NCBI GenBank assembly: GCA_002011115.2
Contig: MTME02000085.1
Coordinates: 1-56,053, forward strand
Direction: 5' to 3'
Source: Candidatus Pyrohabitans sp. JdFR-17
GTDB lineage: Archaea > Hydrothermarchaeota > Hydrothermarchaeia > Hydrothermarchaeales > BMS3B
DNA: 56,053 nucleotides
Below are positions 9,509 to 18,978 of the stretch, piece after piece. The notes below the pieces were generated by a model. The model saw only the letters and a program-made list of their open reading frames with translations, made no database searches and was not told the origin of the DNA. Positions within the stretch are counted from its first letter, which is position 1. Each line of letters opens with the position of its first letter. A program made the position numbers and the translations under genes.

Positions 9509-10588
9509 TTATAAATTTATCCCTAGAGGCTGGAGCAGCTCTCTCCTAACTTCGCTTCTCAACCATGCTTCGTCCTTACCTCTAGACTTGAGGTTTATCT
9601 CCTCCAGAGTGCGCACGCATGCAAGTGCTCTCTCGCGGGCATGTTCAACTGCACTCTCCACGCTGCCCCAGTCACCTTGCTTCGCCTCAGCGTAGGCCTC
9701 GGAAATCTCCGGGAAAAGTTCCCTTCTGAATCCGCTGAGTGAGGCGACATAGAAAGCGAGCGACGCGATACTTCTGCGCTTAACTATCGCCGAAAGCATG
9801 CCCTCTGCGTGGGTATCCGCGAGAAGGTCACGTATTCCTCTAGCCAAGCGCTCCATGAAGTGGGAAGCGCTTATCAGGCTCTGCCACAGGGCGTCCGGAA
9901 ACTCACTCTCCAGAGCTTCTCCTATCTCATGGGCAACCAGAGCGTAGCTCTCTTCCCTTGCTATCCTCTTTATATCCTCTGCAAGTGCCTCTCCACCCTG
10001 GAGCAGTTTCTCCCTGCTCACGCCATGGTAGGCAAAGGCTTCGCGAAGCGAAGGCTTAGCGCTGCCCATGCGAATCTCTTCCACCTTATCCCACAGGTAC
10101 TCTTCAAACACATGCATGCGAAGGTATATCCTGTCTTCCCTGAGCATAGCCGGCGACGCTAAGAGGTCGCGCACATGCTCACGCTCCACCACATGCACAG
10201 TGAAACTATGCTTTCTGTACTTCTCACCCAGCTCACCCAAGAAAAAGCTGGGCTTCATCGCCGTTGCGTAGCCGGCACCGTAGCACAGGTTATTGGGAAG
10301 GTGCCTTTCAACGCTTGCTACGTCGAAGGCATCGACAACCTCGCCATCAATGCGCAGGGGCTCAATTTTCCTGCCATTTAAACTCTGCCAGAACTTTTCC
10401 TTACCGCCTATCCACTCCATCAGCCTGGCTGTGTCTATCCTCTCCCAGGGCTTCATCGAATGCTCAAATCTATAAAGGCTGCGGAGCCGCATCAGCAGCC
10501 CGCATATTGAGTAAATCCCCCAGAAGTGAGCATTGCTTATCTCGCAGTTCAGCCTAACCTGCTCTCTTAGCTCAGCCATGTCCTGCAT
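9509..10588 (-). CDS. Sfum_1244-like conserved protein
   Basis: NC.IS.A...G.YSICGL..RLR.LY, YGAGY...KP.FFL, HEIGE, RDLLAD; family recognised from memory. Confidence 0.65.
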   Translation of the reverse strand: MQDMAELREQVRLNCEISNAHFWGIYSICGLLMRLRSLYRFEHSMKPWERIDTARLMEWIGGKEKFWQSLNGRKIEPLRIDGEVVDAFDVASVERHLPNNLCYGAGYATAMKPSFFLGELGEKYRKHSFTVHVVEREHVRDLLASPAMLREDRIYLRMHVFEEYLWDKVEEIRMGSAKPSLREAFAYHGVSREKLLQGGEALAEDIKRIAREESYALVAHEIGEALESEFPDALWQSLISASHFMERLARGIRDLLADTHAEGMLSAIVKRRSIASLAFYVASLSGFRRELFPEISEAYAEAKQGDWGSVESAVEHARERALACVRTLEEINLKSRGKDEAWLRSEVRRELLQPLGINL

Positions 10589-10635
10589 TATTCTTCAGAA
10601 ATAAACCTTTAGATTAACAATTGAAAGATTGCGCC

Positions 10636-11877
10636 CTACCTGAGAAACATAGCAGCCGCCACCGCAATGCCAGCGACGATGTTAACAAGCACCACTCGAA
10701 GGTAACGCCTCGCAAGCTCATGAGTACCACTCACCCTGGCGATGAAGGCACCGCTCAGGCTGCTGCTCGCCATCGCCAAGACGCCAGCGACTGCGGCTAT
10801 GTCGGCACCAAGTTTATTCATCGCCACCTGCGAGGCCAGCGAGGCAACAACGGCGGCGCTTGAAACCCAGCCCCCCGCAAGGGCGGTAAGGTATATTCCT
10901 CCAACCCCAAGGCTCTGGGCGTAGTGGGTCACCACAGTTATAACTCCAAATATGAGGGCAAATTTGATCGAAGGCAGTATCGCAAAGGGAGACTCGAGGG
11001 GCAGCTCCACCTCGCGCATAACCTTCTTTGTCTTAATGAGAAGGCTCTGAGCAACGCCGAGCATGGCCATTGCGAGAGTCGGAAGGAGCAGAAACTTTAA
11101 AAGCTCTATGCTCAGGAAACTCACCAGCGTGAGATTGCGCGATAGCATCACAGCGTTGGCAAAAATCATCCCGCGGAGAGCATTCGGGGCTATTTCAGCG
11201 CTCTTTCTGACCTTCTCAGAGAGGGCGCTTATCGTGGCTTGGCTATTAACAAGACCGCCTATCGCCCCTACCAGAGCAAGGGCAAGCTCTGTGCTGAGGA
11301 AGCGCAGCGTAAGGAAGCCAGCAAAGCCTATTGTTGAAACCACTATTACTGCAAGCACCAGCATCCTGGGATTTATCAAACCCAGAGGGTCAATCGGATA
11401 GTTTGGAGCCACCGGGTAGAGCACAAAAGCAATTAAACCAAACTCCATGGCGGAGCGCATCTCCTCGTGCCCCAGAGCTTCTGAGAGGATGGTGGTGTAC
11501 TTCTTGAATACCAGTATGCTTGTGATGAGAATACTTGCACTTATTGCCTCTATGTAAAGCTGAAGTCCCACCAGAATACCAATCAGGTAAGCCAGAAAGA
11601 AGGCCACAGGCGTCGTAATCCCTATGTCGAAGGTTCTGAAGTTTTTTATTATGCCCAGGAGGAGTACCATTAAAACAACGCCGAGCAGGGTGACGTTCAT
11701 CACCCAAGGTGAAGCTGCCTTTGTTGCGAGATAAACACTCAGAGTGCCTGTTATTGAGACCAGCATGAATGTGCGCGTACCTGCAATCACCTGCACCTTG
11801 AGCTCCCGCTCCACGCCGAGTAAGCCACCCACAAGCGCCGAGATAAGCAGCATTTTTATAAATTCTGTGTCAACCAT
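10636..11877 (-). CDS. MgtC/SapB + DUF4010 membrane protein
   Basis: G.LLG.ERE...AG.RTF, GITT and GGLV.S.A motifs; many TM helices. Confidence 0.88.
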   Translation of the reverse strand: MVDTEFIKMLLISALVGGLLGVERELKVQVIAGTRTFMLVSITGTLSVYLATKAASPWVMNVTLLGVVLMVLLLGIIKNFRTFDIGITTPVAFFLAYLIGILVGLQLYIEAISASILITSILVFKKYTTILSEALGHEEMRSAMEFGLIAFVLYPVAPNYPIDPLGLINPRMLVLAVIVVSTIGFAGFLTLRFLSTELALALVGAIGGLVNSQATISALSEKVRKSAEIAPNALRGMIFANAVMLSRNLTLVSFLSIELLKFLLLPTLAMAMLGVAQSLLIKTKKVMREVELPLESPFAILPSIKFALIFGVITVVTHYAQSLGVGGIYLTALAGGWVSSAAVVASLASQVAMNKLGADIAAVAGVLAMASSSLSGAFIARVSGTHELARRYLRVVLVNIVAGIAVAAAMFLR

Positions 11878-11953
11878 TAAGTTAAGCTATAAAAAGCAAA
11901 GTATATAAAGGTTCGAGGATGTTAGCTTAACTGTATTTTAAGGTGGGGAGTAG

Positions 11954-12193
11954 ATGATACCGAAACACAAACTCATCAGAAGGCTCGAGAACATTGCCGT
12001 GCTGGAGGATGAGGGCGTCGCGCTTATAAGCCGCTCCCTCAGTAAGTTCATTGAGAAGAGTGACCTGCCCGAGGAGAAGAAGACGCGTATCCTTGAGATA
12101 GCTGATATAATAAAAAGGGAGTCGGAAGGGCACAAGATAGCAATACTTCAGATGATAGAGAAGATTAAAATGAGGGATAAGGATGAGTTCTAA
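11954..12193 (+). CDS. Small half-ferritin/rubrerythrin-like helical protein
   Basis: Two-helix pattern LEDEG...ESEGH; GGGGAG SD upstream. Confidence 0.55.
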   Translation: MIPKHKLIRRLENIAVLEDEGVALISRSLSKFIEKSDLPEEKKTRILEIADIIKRESEGHKIAILQMIEKIKMRDKDEF

Positions 12194-12380
12194 CGAAATA
12201 ATCCTAGGCTCCCTTCGAAACCTCGCAGAAATAGAGAAGAATGCCCGGGATGTGTACAGGGAACTATACAATGAGCTTGAGGATGAGGAGCTGAAAGAGT
12301 TCATTGGAGAACTTATAAAATCTGAGGAACGCCACAAGGAGTTGGTTGACGAGGCGTTTAGGCTAATTGAGGAGGACTAA
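12183..12380 (+). CDS. Small ferritin-like (rubrerythrin-type) protein
   Basis: EIEKNA..Y..L and EERH (ExxH) diiron half-site. Confidence 0.7.
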   Translation: MSSNEIILGSLRNLAEIEKNARDVYRELYNELEDEELKEFIGELIKSEERHKELVDEAFRLIEED

Positions 12381-12383
12381 ACA

Positions 12384-12740
12384 CTAATCCAGTTCAACCT
12401 CGCGCAGGAGTTTTTTCACCACTTCAGGCTTCACTTTTCTTATTTTAGGCAGGCGATACATTTCGCGTATTGCATTTACACCCCGCATTGGCATGGCATA
12501 ACCCGTGTCAAGGATATACTTGACGCCCATTCTGAAGCTCTCAGGAAGCTCACCCCTCCGACGAGCCTCCATCATTAGGTTGTATATATCCACACCCTCT
12601 GGGCACGCCTCGACGCACTTCCAGCACCCGGCGCAGGTGAACCTATCCTCCCGCTCAAGCACGCTTGCACCTGTTGCAACTCCTCGCTTAAAGGCGATGC
12701 ATACCTTTTTGCACGCACCGCAGCGGTTGCACTCACCCAA
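12384..12740 (-). CDS. hdrC: HdrC-like 2x[4Fe-4S] protein (short)
   Basis: CxxCxxCxxxC and CxxCxxCxxxCP; overlaps the end of hdrB. Confidence 0.75.
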   Translation of the reverse strand: MGECNRCGACKKVCIAFKRGVATGASVLEREDRFTCAGCWKCVEACPEGVDIYNLMMEARRRGELPESFRMGVKYILDTGYAMPMRGVNAIREMYRLPKIRKVKPEVVKKLLREVELD

Positions 12741-13566
12741 GCTCCACCCTCCTTATATCCAGACCGAGCTCCTCTTTGCTTAGCCCGAAAGCTAAACCCA
12801 AAAGCTGCGGTAGGAAAAGCGTGGGAAGCTCCGCCTTTGGCTCCTGCTTCTTAATCTCCTCCTGATGCCTGTCGAAGAGATACGCGCAGTTGCCGCACGA
12901 CACGACAATCGCTTGAGCTCCCGCTTCGCGAGCAGAGGCAAGTTTGCTCGCCCCTGCACCAAGCCCCAGAGCTTTAGAGGTTAAAAGCAGTGTGGAGCCG
13001 CAGCATTCGTACTCCTGGGCATAGTCCACAATTTCCGCTCCGGTCAGGGCGACAATCTCCCTCATAGCTTTTGGTTTAAAGGGGTCGTCAAAGCGTGCCA
13101 CTTCGCTTGGGCGGAATACATTGCACGGATGCTGCAGCGCAACCCTGAGCTTTAATGGCTTCGCCACGTGTGCTCTAATCTTGTCCTCATTCTCTTTAAG
13201 CACCTCCAGCAGGTGACTCACCCTGACTTTACCCGAGTAGCTCAGCCCCACCCCAGCAAGGCGGGAATTCACCTCTTCTTTAAGCTTCTCATCCTTTAGC
13301 ATTAGGTTAGTCCTCTTAAGCATGGAGGTGCAGGTTCCGCATAGAGAGATTATATCCAGCCCTCGCCTCTCCGCAAGAGCAAGGTTGTACGCAGATAGGT
13401 AAATCCACGCCTCGCTTACAGAGGGAATAAACGTAGAAGAGCAGCACGCAAACTCGTGGAAGTCTCTGAGCTTGAAGCCAAGCTTTGAAAGCACCGCCTT
13501 TGCTGAGAGTTCATAATCAGGAAAGCGGTTGTAAACCATGCACCCAAGATAGAGAAGCCTCTCCAT
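12733..13566 (-). CDS. hdrB: Heterodisulfide reductase subunit B-like CCG-domain protein
   Basis: YLGC, CCS, C.TC, QHPC, ECCG, SCGNC...D..Q, PQLLGLAFG. Confidence 0.85.
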   Translation of the reverse strand: MERLLYLGCMVYNRFPDYELSAKAVLSKLGFKLRDFHEFACCSSTFIPSVSEAWIYLSAYNLALAERRGLDIISLCGTCTSMLKRTNLMLKDEKLKEEVNSRLAGVGLSYSGKVRVSHLLEVLKENEDKIRAHVAKPLKLRVALQHPCNVFRPSEVARFDDPFKPKAMREIVALTGAEIVDYAQEYECCGSTLLLTSKALGLGAGASKLASAREAGAQAIVVSCGNCAYLFDRHQEEIKKQEPKAELPTLFLPQLLGLAFGLSKEELGLDIRRVELG

Positions 13567-13611
13567 ACTCTTTCAATAATACCCGCGATGATTAACGTTG
13601 AGTGTAGGAAT

Positions 13612-14388
13612 ATGGGAAAGCGCTGGCTGATTGAGAAGAGGCGGGATTACTATTACAGAAAGGCGAAGCAGGAGAAGTACCGCTCCCGCGCTGCGTACAA
13701 GCTTATTCAGTTAAATCGACGCTTTAAGATTCTTAAGCCGGGCTACCGCGTTCTTGAGCTTGGCGCCGCACCAGGGGGCTGGACGCAGGTTGTACGAGAT
13801 ATCGTCGGTAGTTCTGGCTTTGTTGTTGGCATAGACCTGCAAAGGATAGAACCCCTGCCTTACGAGAATGTGATGTTCATCAGGGGCGACTTCACCTCCC
13901 GCGAAGTAAGGGAGAAGCTCAGGCAGGTGATCCCAAAGTGCGAGGCTGTGATAAGCGACGCCTCCCCAGATATAAGCGGGGTGTGGAGCGTCGACCACGC
14001 GAGGAGCGTGGAGCTGTGTGAGAATGCGCTTGGCTTGGCGGAGGAGCACCTTGAGCAAGGAGGAGCCTTTCTGGTGAAGGTGTTTCAGGGCGACCTGATT
14101 CAGGACCTCGTCGCAAAGGTAAAGCGGAGCTTCTCCTTTGTTAAACTCACTAAACCGAAGGCGAGCCGCAGTGAGAGCGCAGAGGTCTACCTCGTGGCTA
14201 GGGGCTTCTCGCCTGTGAAGAAAGGCGAAATCTACGAGGCTGAGGTGGAAGAGGTGAGCAGGCGTGGCGAAGGCATAGCCTATATTGACGGGGTAAAGGT
14301 GTTCATTAAGGGCGCTGCCAGGGGGGATAAGGTTAAGGTGAGAATCACGGCGCTGAAGAGGAGATTCGCCGAGGCGGAAATCTGCTAA
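13612..14388 (+). CDS. rlmE: 23S rRNA Um2552 methyltransferase with C-terminal TRAM domain
   Basis: YRSRAAYKL, LGAAPGGW, ISDASP, KVFQG, KPKASR.ES.E; TRAM tail. Confidence 0.95.
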   Translation: MGKRWLIEKRRDYYYRKAKQEKYRSRAAYKLIQLNRRFKILKPGYRVLELGAAPGGWTQVVRDIVGSSGFVVGIDLQRIEPLPYENVMFIRGDFTSREVREKLRQVIPKCEAVISDASPDISGVWSVDHARSVELCENALGLAEEHLEQGGAFLVKVFQGDLIQDLVAKVKRSFSFVKLTKPKASRSESAEVYLVARGFSPVKKGEIYEAEVEEVSRRGEGIAYIDGVKVFIKGAARGDKVKVRITALKRRFAEAEIC

Positions 14389-14421
14389 AATTTCATAAAG
14401 GAGGGGAAACAAAGTATCTGC

Positions 14422-16956
14422 ATGCTCAGAAAAGCTGTACTTTTTGTACTACTCCTCTATTTCCTCCCTCAGGTTTTTGCCCTCTGCTCCAGGGACGTGT
14501 ACTACGCCGCTCCCGGTAAAAACTTGGATGTGATCACCCTCATCTCCTTCGATCTAGACGCGAAGGCAAAAGGGGTGCAGAGCAGCATAAGAGCTGCTCC
14601 GGGACAGCACATCACCGGTACCCTCGCCTGGAAATTCGGGGCTCTCGCTGAAGGAGAGGCGAGGGTCAACCTATTTGGAAACTGGAGCAAGGCGGAGATA
14701 GCAAGGCTGTACTCTGGCAGCGCAATACCAAACCAGAGCACAAGCGTGGAGTTCAGCTTCTTTGCCCCCTTACAACCCGGAAGCTATACCCTCACGGCAG
14801 TATTTGCCTTTGACACCAGTTTCGCAATAGATAGCGAGGCGAGCAATCTGTGCTCAGCTCAGCGGTGCTCTTCCCTTGGGCGGTGCGCTGTGGTCTATGC
14901 CCTCGCGAGCATAGAGGTACTCAACACCACCCCTGCGCTCTATGTTGAGATAACCTCTCCCCGCGCGGAGGAGATTTTCAGCATCGGTGAAGGGGTAACA
15001 ATCAATGGCACCGTCATGCCAGCCAACGCCAGCGTGGCTTTGTACATCAATGGTACCTTGGCGGGTGAAGCTCTGCCCTATGAGTGGAACACCTCGGGTT
15101 TGCCACCTGGAGAGTATCCCATACTGGTCAACGCATCCTTCGCAAACAGAAGCACGTCGGCGCTGGTGAAGGTTACCCTTGTAAATCACTCCCTTGCAAA
15201 GCCGGAGCATTATGAGATACTGCCCCCACGCCGACCTGAGCAGGTGTACGCCACGTCGCAGAGCGTAATTGCCGTTGCTGGAAATGAGGTGTACATCCTG
15301 AAGCATTCGGGTGATATGCTGGGCAGTGTGAAAACTGGTGCAAGGCCACTTATCTCTGCCTCTGGCGAGCACTTCGTGCTGGCTGAGAAGAACCTTATTT
15401 CGTTTTACAGGGGCACCGAGAGGGTTTGGAATACCAGCATTGACACGAATGCCGAGCTTGTTGCCGCCTCTCCCCGAGGAGTAGGCGTGGTGGCAGGGAA
15501 TAACCTATATCTCTTCAACACCGCGGGTGCGCTTCTCTGGACAAAGCAGCTTGAGTTTAAGGCTGCTATGCTTGAGATGTCCAACGATAGCATAGGTATA
15601 GTGGGGAATCGTACAGTGTATCTACTCTCATACGACGGCGTCGTTACCTGGAATAAGAGCTTTGAGAGGGAGGTAGTAGCCCTCGCCCTGGAAGGCGATA
15701 ACCTGTTCACCCTCCTGGGAGGGGAAATCCACGCTTTTGGTAAAGGAGAACCCCTCTGGAATTTAACGCTTCTGCAGAACGCTACGCTGCTCAGCGCTGC
15801 AATGGGCTACCTTGTTGCCGCTTCCCCTGAGGCTGTAGAGCTGTACGACGCACAGCGGGGTGAGCTGATATGGCGGTATTACCCTGAGAAGGGCGTGAGC
15901 TCTGCCACGCTTACCCCTGACGGGAGCAGAATATTCATACTATCTGGAGAGAAGATCCTGGGGATACCTCTTGCCGAAGAAAAGCGGCTGAGCTCGCTGC
16001 GTATAGTTGTAGTGGCTGTTGCTCTGGTAATTGCCGGGCTTTTGTTCTTTTTCCTCTTCAAAAAGCGCCTGGCAAAGCCAGCTACAGAAGCGCAAAAGTA
16101 TGAGAGGCGTGAGGAAACTCTGCCTCTGGAGGTAATGGTTAAAAGTTCAAAAGGCGGGCTACCCGTTGAGGGAGCTCTGGTAAAGCTCAACAAGCTTGAA
16201 GAGACCACCAATCGCGACGGTATAGCCACCTTCAGAATCAAACCTGGCACCCTAAGCCTGTCTGTGGAAAAGGAGGGCTTTAAACCAGCTTCCAAGAAAT
16301 TTTCGTTTAAGAAAAGTGGTGAGGGAGTGGAGGTAGAGCTTGAGCCAGCGCTCAGCCTTCCATGGGAAGAGGAGAAGCGCCTCGAAGAGCTGCGCCGTAG
16401 GTTGGACGAAGCGTATGAACGCGTTGCTGAGCACGACCCCTGCCTGCCGGATTACTTCAGAAGCATAGGCTATGCGATTATCGACGGCACCGAAGCTCTT
16501 TCCTTAGCTTCTGAGTTCAGGGAATCGCCTGCACATGTAAGCGCTCTTATAAGCGCCGCAGAAAGGGCAGTGCCCCTGCTCTGCGAAGCTATGCAGGACT
16601 GGAAGAATGTCGCCCTGTACCAGGCTTCAGCCAACCATAGCTCTGAAGGGTGCAGGGCACCAGAGTTTCCCTTCGCAACAGCGGTGGACTTCCTCCTTGG
16701 AAAGTTGACAAAGGAAGAGCTTGAGAAGGAGATTTTTGAAGTAGACAGAACAATTACGTCGATGATAGGTGAAGTATCCACATATCCTCTCGCTTCGCTG
16801 TGGCAGATTTCAAGTAAACTCTATGAGAAGGGGAAGAGGAGCACCTCGCCTGAGGCTAACGCTTCCTTCGCCCTATCCCACTACCTCCTCATGTGCATAA
16901 AGCACATGCTCACCAGTGAAGATGTGCTATCGAGGCTGAGGAGGAGTATTATCTAG
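14422..16956 (+). CDS. Large bitopic membrane protein: exported Ig-like and beta-propeller region, TM, cytoplasmic beta-sandwich and helical domain
   Basis: Signal peptide; repeated G..(L/I)W blades; many NxS/T sequons; TM plus KKR near residue 530; PVEGALV...TNRDGIA.F PEGA-like segment. Confidence 0.75.
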   Translation: MLRKAVLFVLLLYFLPQVFALCSRDVYYAAPGKNLDVITLISFDLDAKAKGVQSSIRAAPGQHITGTLAWKFGALAEGEARVNLFGNWSKAEIARLYSGSAIPNQSTSVEFSFFAPLQPGSYTLTAVFAFDTSFAIDSEASNLCSAQRCSSLGRCAVVYALASIEVLNTTPALYVEITSPRAEEIFSIGEGVTINGTVMPANASVALYINGTLAGEALPYEWNTSGLPPGEYPILVNASFANRSTSALVKVTLVNHSLAKPEHYEILPPRRPEQVYATSQSVIAVAGNEVYILKHSGDMLGSVKTGARPLISASGEHFVLAEKNLISFYRGTERVWNTSIDTNAELVAASPRGVGVVAGNNLYLFNTAGALLWTKQLEFKAAMLEMSNDSIGIVGNRTVYLLSYDGVVTWNKSFEREVVALALEGDNLFTLLGGEIHAFGKGEPLWNLTLLQNATLLSAAMGYLVAASPEAVELYDAQRGELIWRYYPEKGVSSATLTPDGSRIFILSGEKILGIPLAEEKRLSSLRIVVVAVALVIAGLLFFFLFKKRLAKPATEAQKYERREETLPLEVMVKSSKGGLPVEGALVKLNKLEETTNRDGIATFRIKPGTLSLSVEKEGFKPASKKFSFKKSGEGVEVELEPALSLPWEEEKRLEELRRRLDEAYERVAEHDPCLPDYFRSIGYAIIDGTEALSLASEFRESPAHVSALISAAERAVPLLCEAMQDWKNVALYQASANHSSEGCRAPEFPFATAVDFLLGKLTKEELEKEIFEVDRTITSMIGEVSTYPLASLWQISSKLYEKGKRSTSPEANASFALSHYLLMCIKHMLTSEDVLSRLRRSII

Positions 16957-16961
16957 AACCA

Positions 16962-18977
16962 TTAACTTTCGGCGCCAAGCACAACGTCGCCCTCTGCGAG
17001 AGCTTCTGAATCGCGAACCCAGCGAATCAGACCAAGGGTAACCCTGGCCACAAACCACAGGAAGAATAGGGTGAGAAGTGTAAGGTAAACCTTAAATGCT
17101 CTTTCCACAGTGCGCTTTCCTTTTGTGAGCTCCTCCAGCCTTGACTGAATAAGCTCTGCCTCCCCCCTCTCGCCAGCTTTTTCGAGCAAAGACTTTGCTT
17201 CCTCAACGCGGGAGATAGCTGAGTCGTAGTGGGAAATAACTGCCTCGTAGTGGAAAGGGTTGATGACAAAGGAAGCCTCTTTTATATTGAAGCTGAGTCT
17301 CCTAGCTGCGGCCACCTCCTTTTCGGAGCTTTTAAGCAGGACCGCCGCTTCAGTAAGAGCTTCATAGTACGCCCGCTCCATCTCCTCCTGCTTTGAGGCG
17401 TACTCCCTCACTTTCTCCTCATCTCCTAGGAGAGAATAGAGCGTCTTAAGCCTCCTGTAGTCGAGGGTAGCACTGCGGTAGTCCATTTTCTCCTTTCCAA
17501 CCCGCTTTTCCAGAGCCTCTGCTACCTCGCGTGCCTCTCTGCTCCACACATCCTCAAGCGCCTCAACTGCAGGTATAGCATGCTTTTTAAGACTTTTGTC
17601 CTCCAAGCTCTCACTGCCTATTTTCGCCCTGTTCAGACTGCTTTTTGCAAGTATGATGCGCTCAACGCGCTCGTCCAAGGGCTTGCCATTGAGGTCTGAG
17701 AAGATGTTAATGAATGAACTAACCCCACTGTACACCGACATGACCATCGCTATCTCCCTGAGCTCTGTTACACCCTTCGAAGCGGCTATCAGCTCGCGAA
17801 GATTCTGCACCGTTTCCTGATAGGGCAGCGACGGAAGCTTGGCTAAGGAGCGCTCCGCCTCCTCGAGGCCAGGGAAGTACACCGTAGCTTCAGCCACAAT
17901 CTCCGCGCTTCCTGCATACTTAGTGGCGAGCGCAAACACCCAGTTCTTTTTGCCCAGGCTCGCATCCGGAGGCAAGAGCAGAGTAAAGTTTATCGTTGCA
18001 TTGCCTCCCGGAGGGATGTAGTTAACCTGAGAGTAGGCTACCCATCCCTCTTCACCACTCACCTGAGATATGCTCAACCCTTCAATGGGGGTGTAGCCCC
18101 CTACCTCTGAGATTGTAATGCTCGCCGTAGCTGTGTCCCTGTCCACCTCAAAAGTTAAACTGCCGAAGTCTATCTTGGCGCTGGAAAGCGCCATCTCAGG
18201 CTTGGGAATGGTGTAGTTGGCCTGCTCAAGCGTCGCCACTTGAACATTGTAGTCCTTTACAATCCTGGGGGTAACCCAGTAGTCTCCTGGTCTGAGATAC
18301 CTCTCCGGCACCTGAATTTTTACCTTAATACTCTTAGACCCTCCAGCGGGCACGTCTCCCACACCTGTGGTATAACTTAGATTAACAGGACCCGTCTTTG
18401 AGAGGTAGAGCGAGACGTTGCTTGCGCCAGCGTAGCCAAAAGTCTCCCTCACAGTGAGAGTGCGCTCAAAGCTTTGCCCCGCTCTGAGCTTGCCCCACTC
18501 TGCAAGGTCCCAGGTAGCTTCGAGCGTCGCAGGCGGGTGGTCCACATTTATTGTGATGTAGAATTCGTGCAGCAATGGGTGGACTCCTACTTTGGTGATA
18601 TAGGTGTAGTTGCCCTTAACCTCAAGCTTTGCCCCATAGCTACCCTCAGCCACACTGGGAGGAGCGCGGAAGGAGATCATGAGATACGAGCTGTCCTCCG
18701 GCTCAACCCTGAGATAGTTCTTCTCCAGTACAACACTAATGCCCTTATCCGCTGCCTCACCTGAGAGCTTTGCCTCAAGGTTTGAGAGGATGGCAGCGCT
18801 TTCATTGTCCGCATTATAAAACTTCAGGGTTAAGTTTGTTTCAAAGTAGGTGACCTCATTCTTGGGCTTGTCGAAGTCGAAATCCACCTCGCTATAGCCA
18901 AAGCGCGCCTCCACGAGAGCGCTCACCGGCGTTGTGAGGAGCAGGAGCATAACAAGAATAGCACTCAGGCAACGCAT
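16962..18977 (-). CDS. Exported Ig-like + helical protein with C-terminal TM anchor
   Basis: Signal peptide MRCLSAILVMLLLLTTPVSA, beta-rich repeats, helical region, TM and short tail. Confidence 0.8.
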   Translation of the reverse strand: MRCLSAILVMLLLLTTPVSALVEARFGYSEVDFDFDKPKNEVTYFETNLTLKFYNADNESAAILSNLEAKLSGEAADKGISVVLEKNYLRVEPEDSSYLMISFRAPPSVAEGSYGAKLEVKGNYTYITKVGVHPLLHEFYITINVDHPPATLEATWDLAEWGKLRAGQSFERTLTVRETFGYAGASNVSLYLSKTGPVNLSYTTGVGDVPAGGSKSIKVKIQVPERYLRPGDYWVTPRIVKDYNVQVATLEQANYTIPKPEMALSSAKIDFGSLTFEVDRDTATASITISEVGGYTPIEGLSISQVSGEEGWVAYSQVNYIPPGGNATINFTLLLPPDASLGKKNWVFALATKYAGSAEIVAEATVYFPGLEEAERSLAKLPSLPYQETVQNLRELIAASKGVTELREIAMVMSVYSGVSSFINIFSDLNGKPLDERVERIILAKSSLNRAKIGSESLEDKSLKKHAIPAVEALEDVWSREAREVAEALEKRVGKEKMDYRSATLDYRRLKTLYSLLGDEEKVREYASKQEEMERAYYEALTEAAVLLKSSEKEVAAARRLSFNIKEASFVINPFHYEAVISHYDSAISRVEEAKSLLEKAGERGEAELIQSRLEELTKGKRTVERAFKVYLTLLTLFFLWFVARVTLGLIRWVRDSEALAEGDVVLGAES

Positions 18978-18978
18978 G

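Noticed and set aside
12384-13566. Evidence for methanogenesis
   Set aside because: HdrBC-like proteins are widespread in non-methanogens; no mcr, mtr or hdrA in the window
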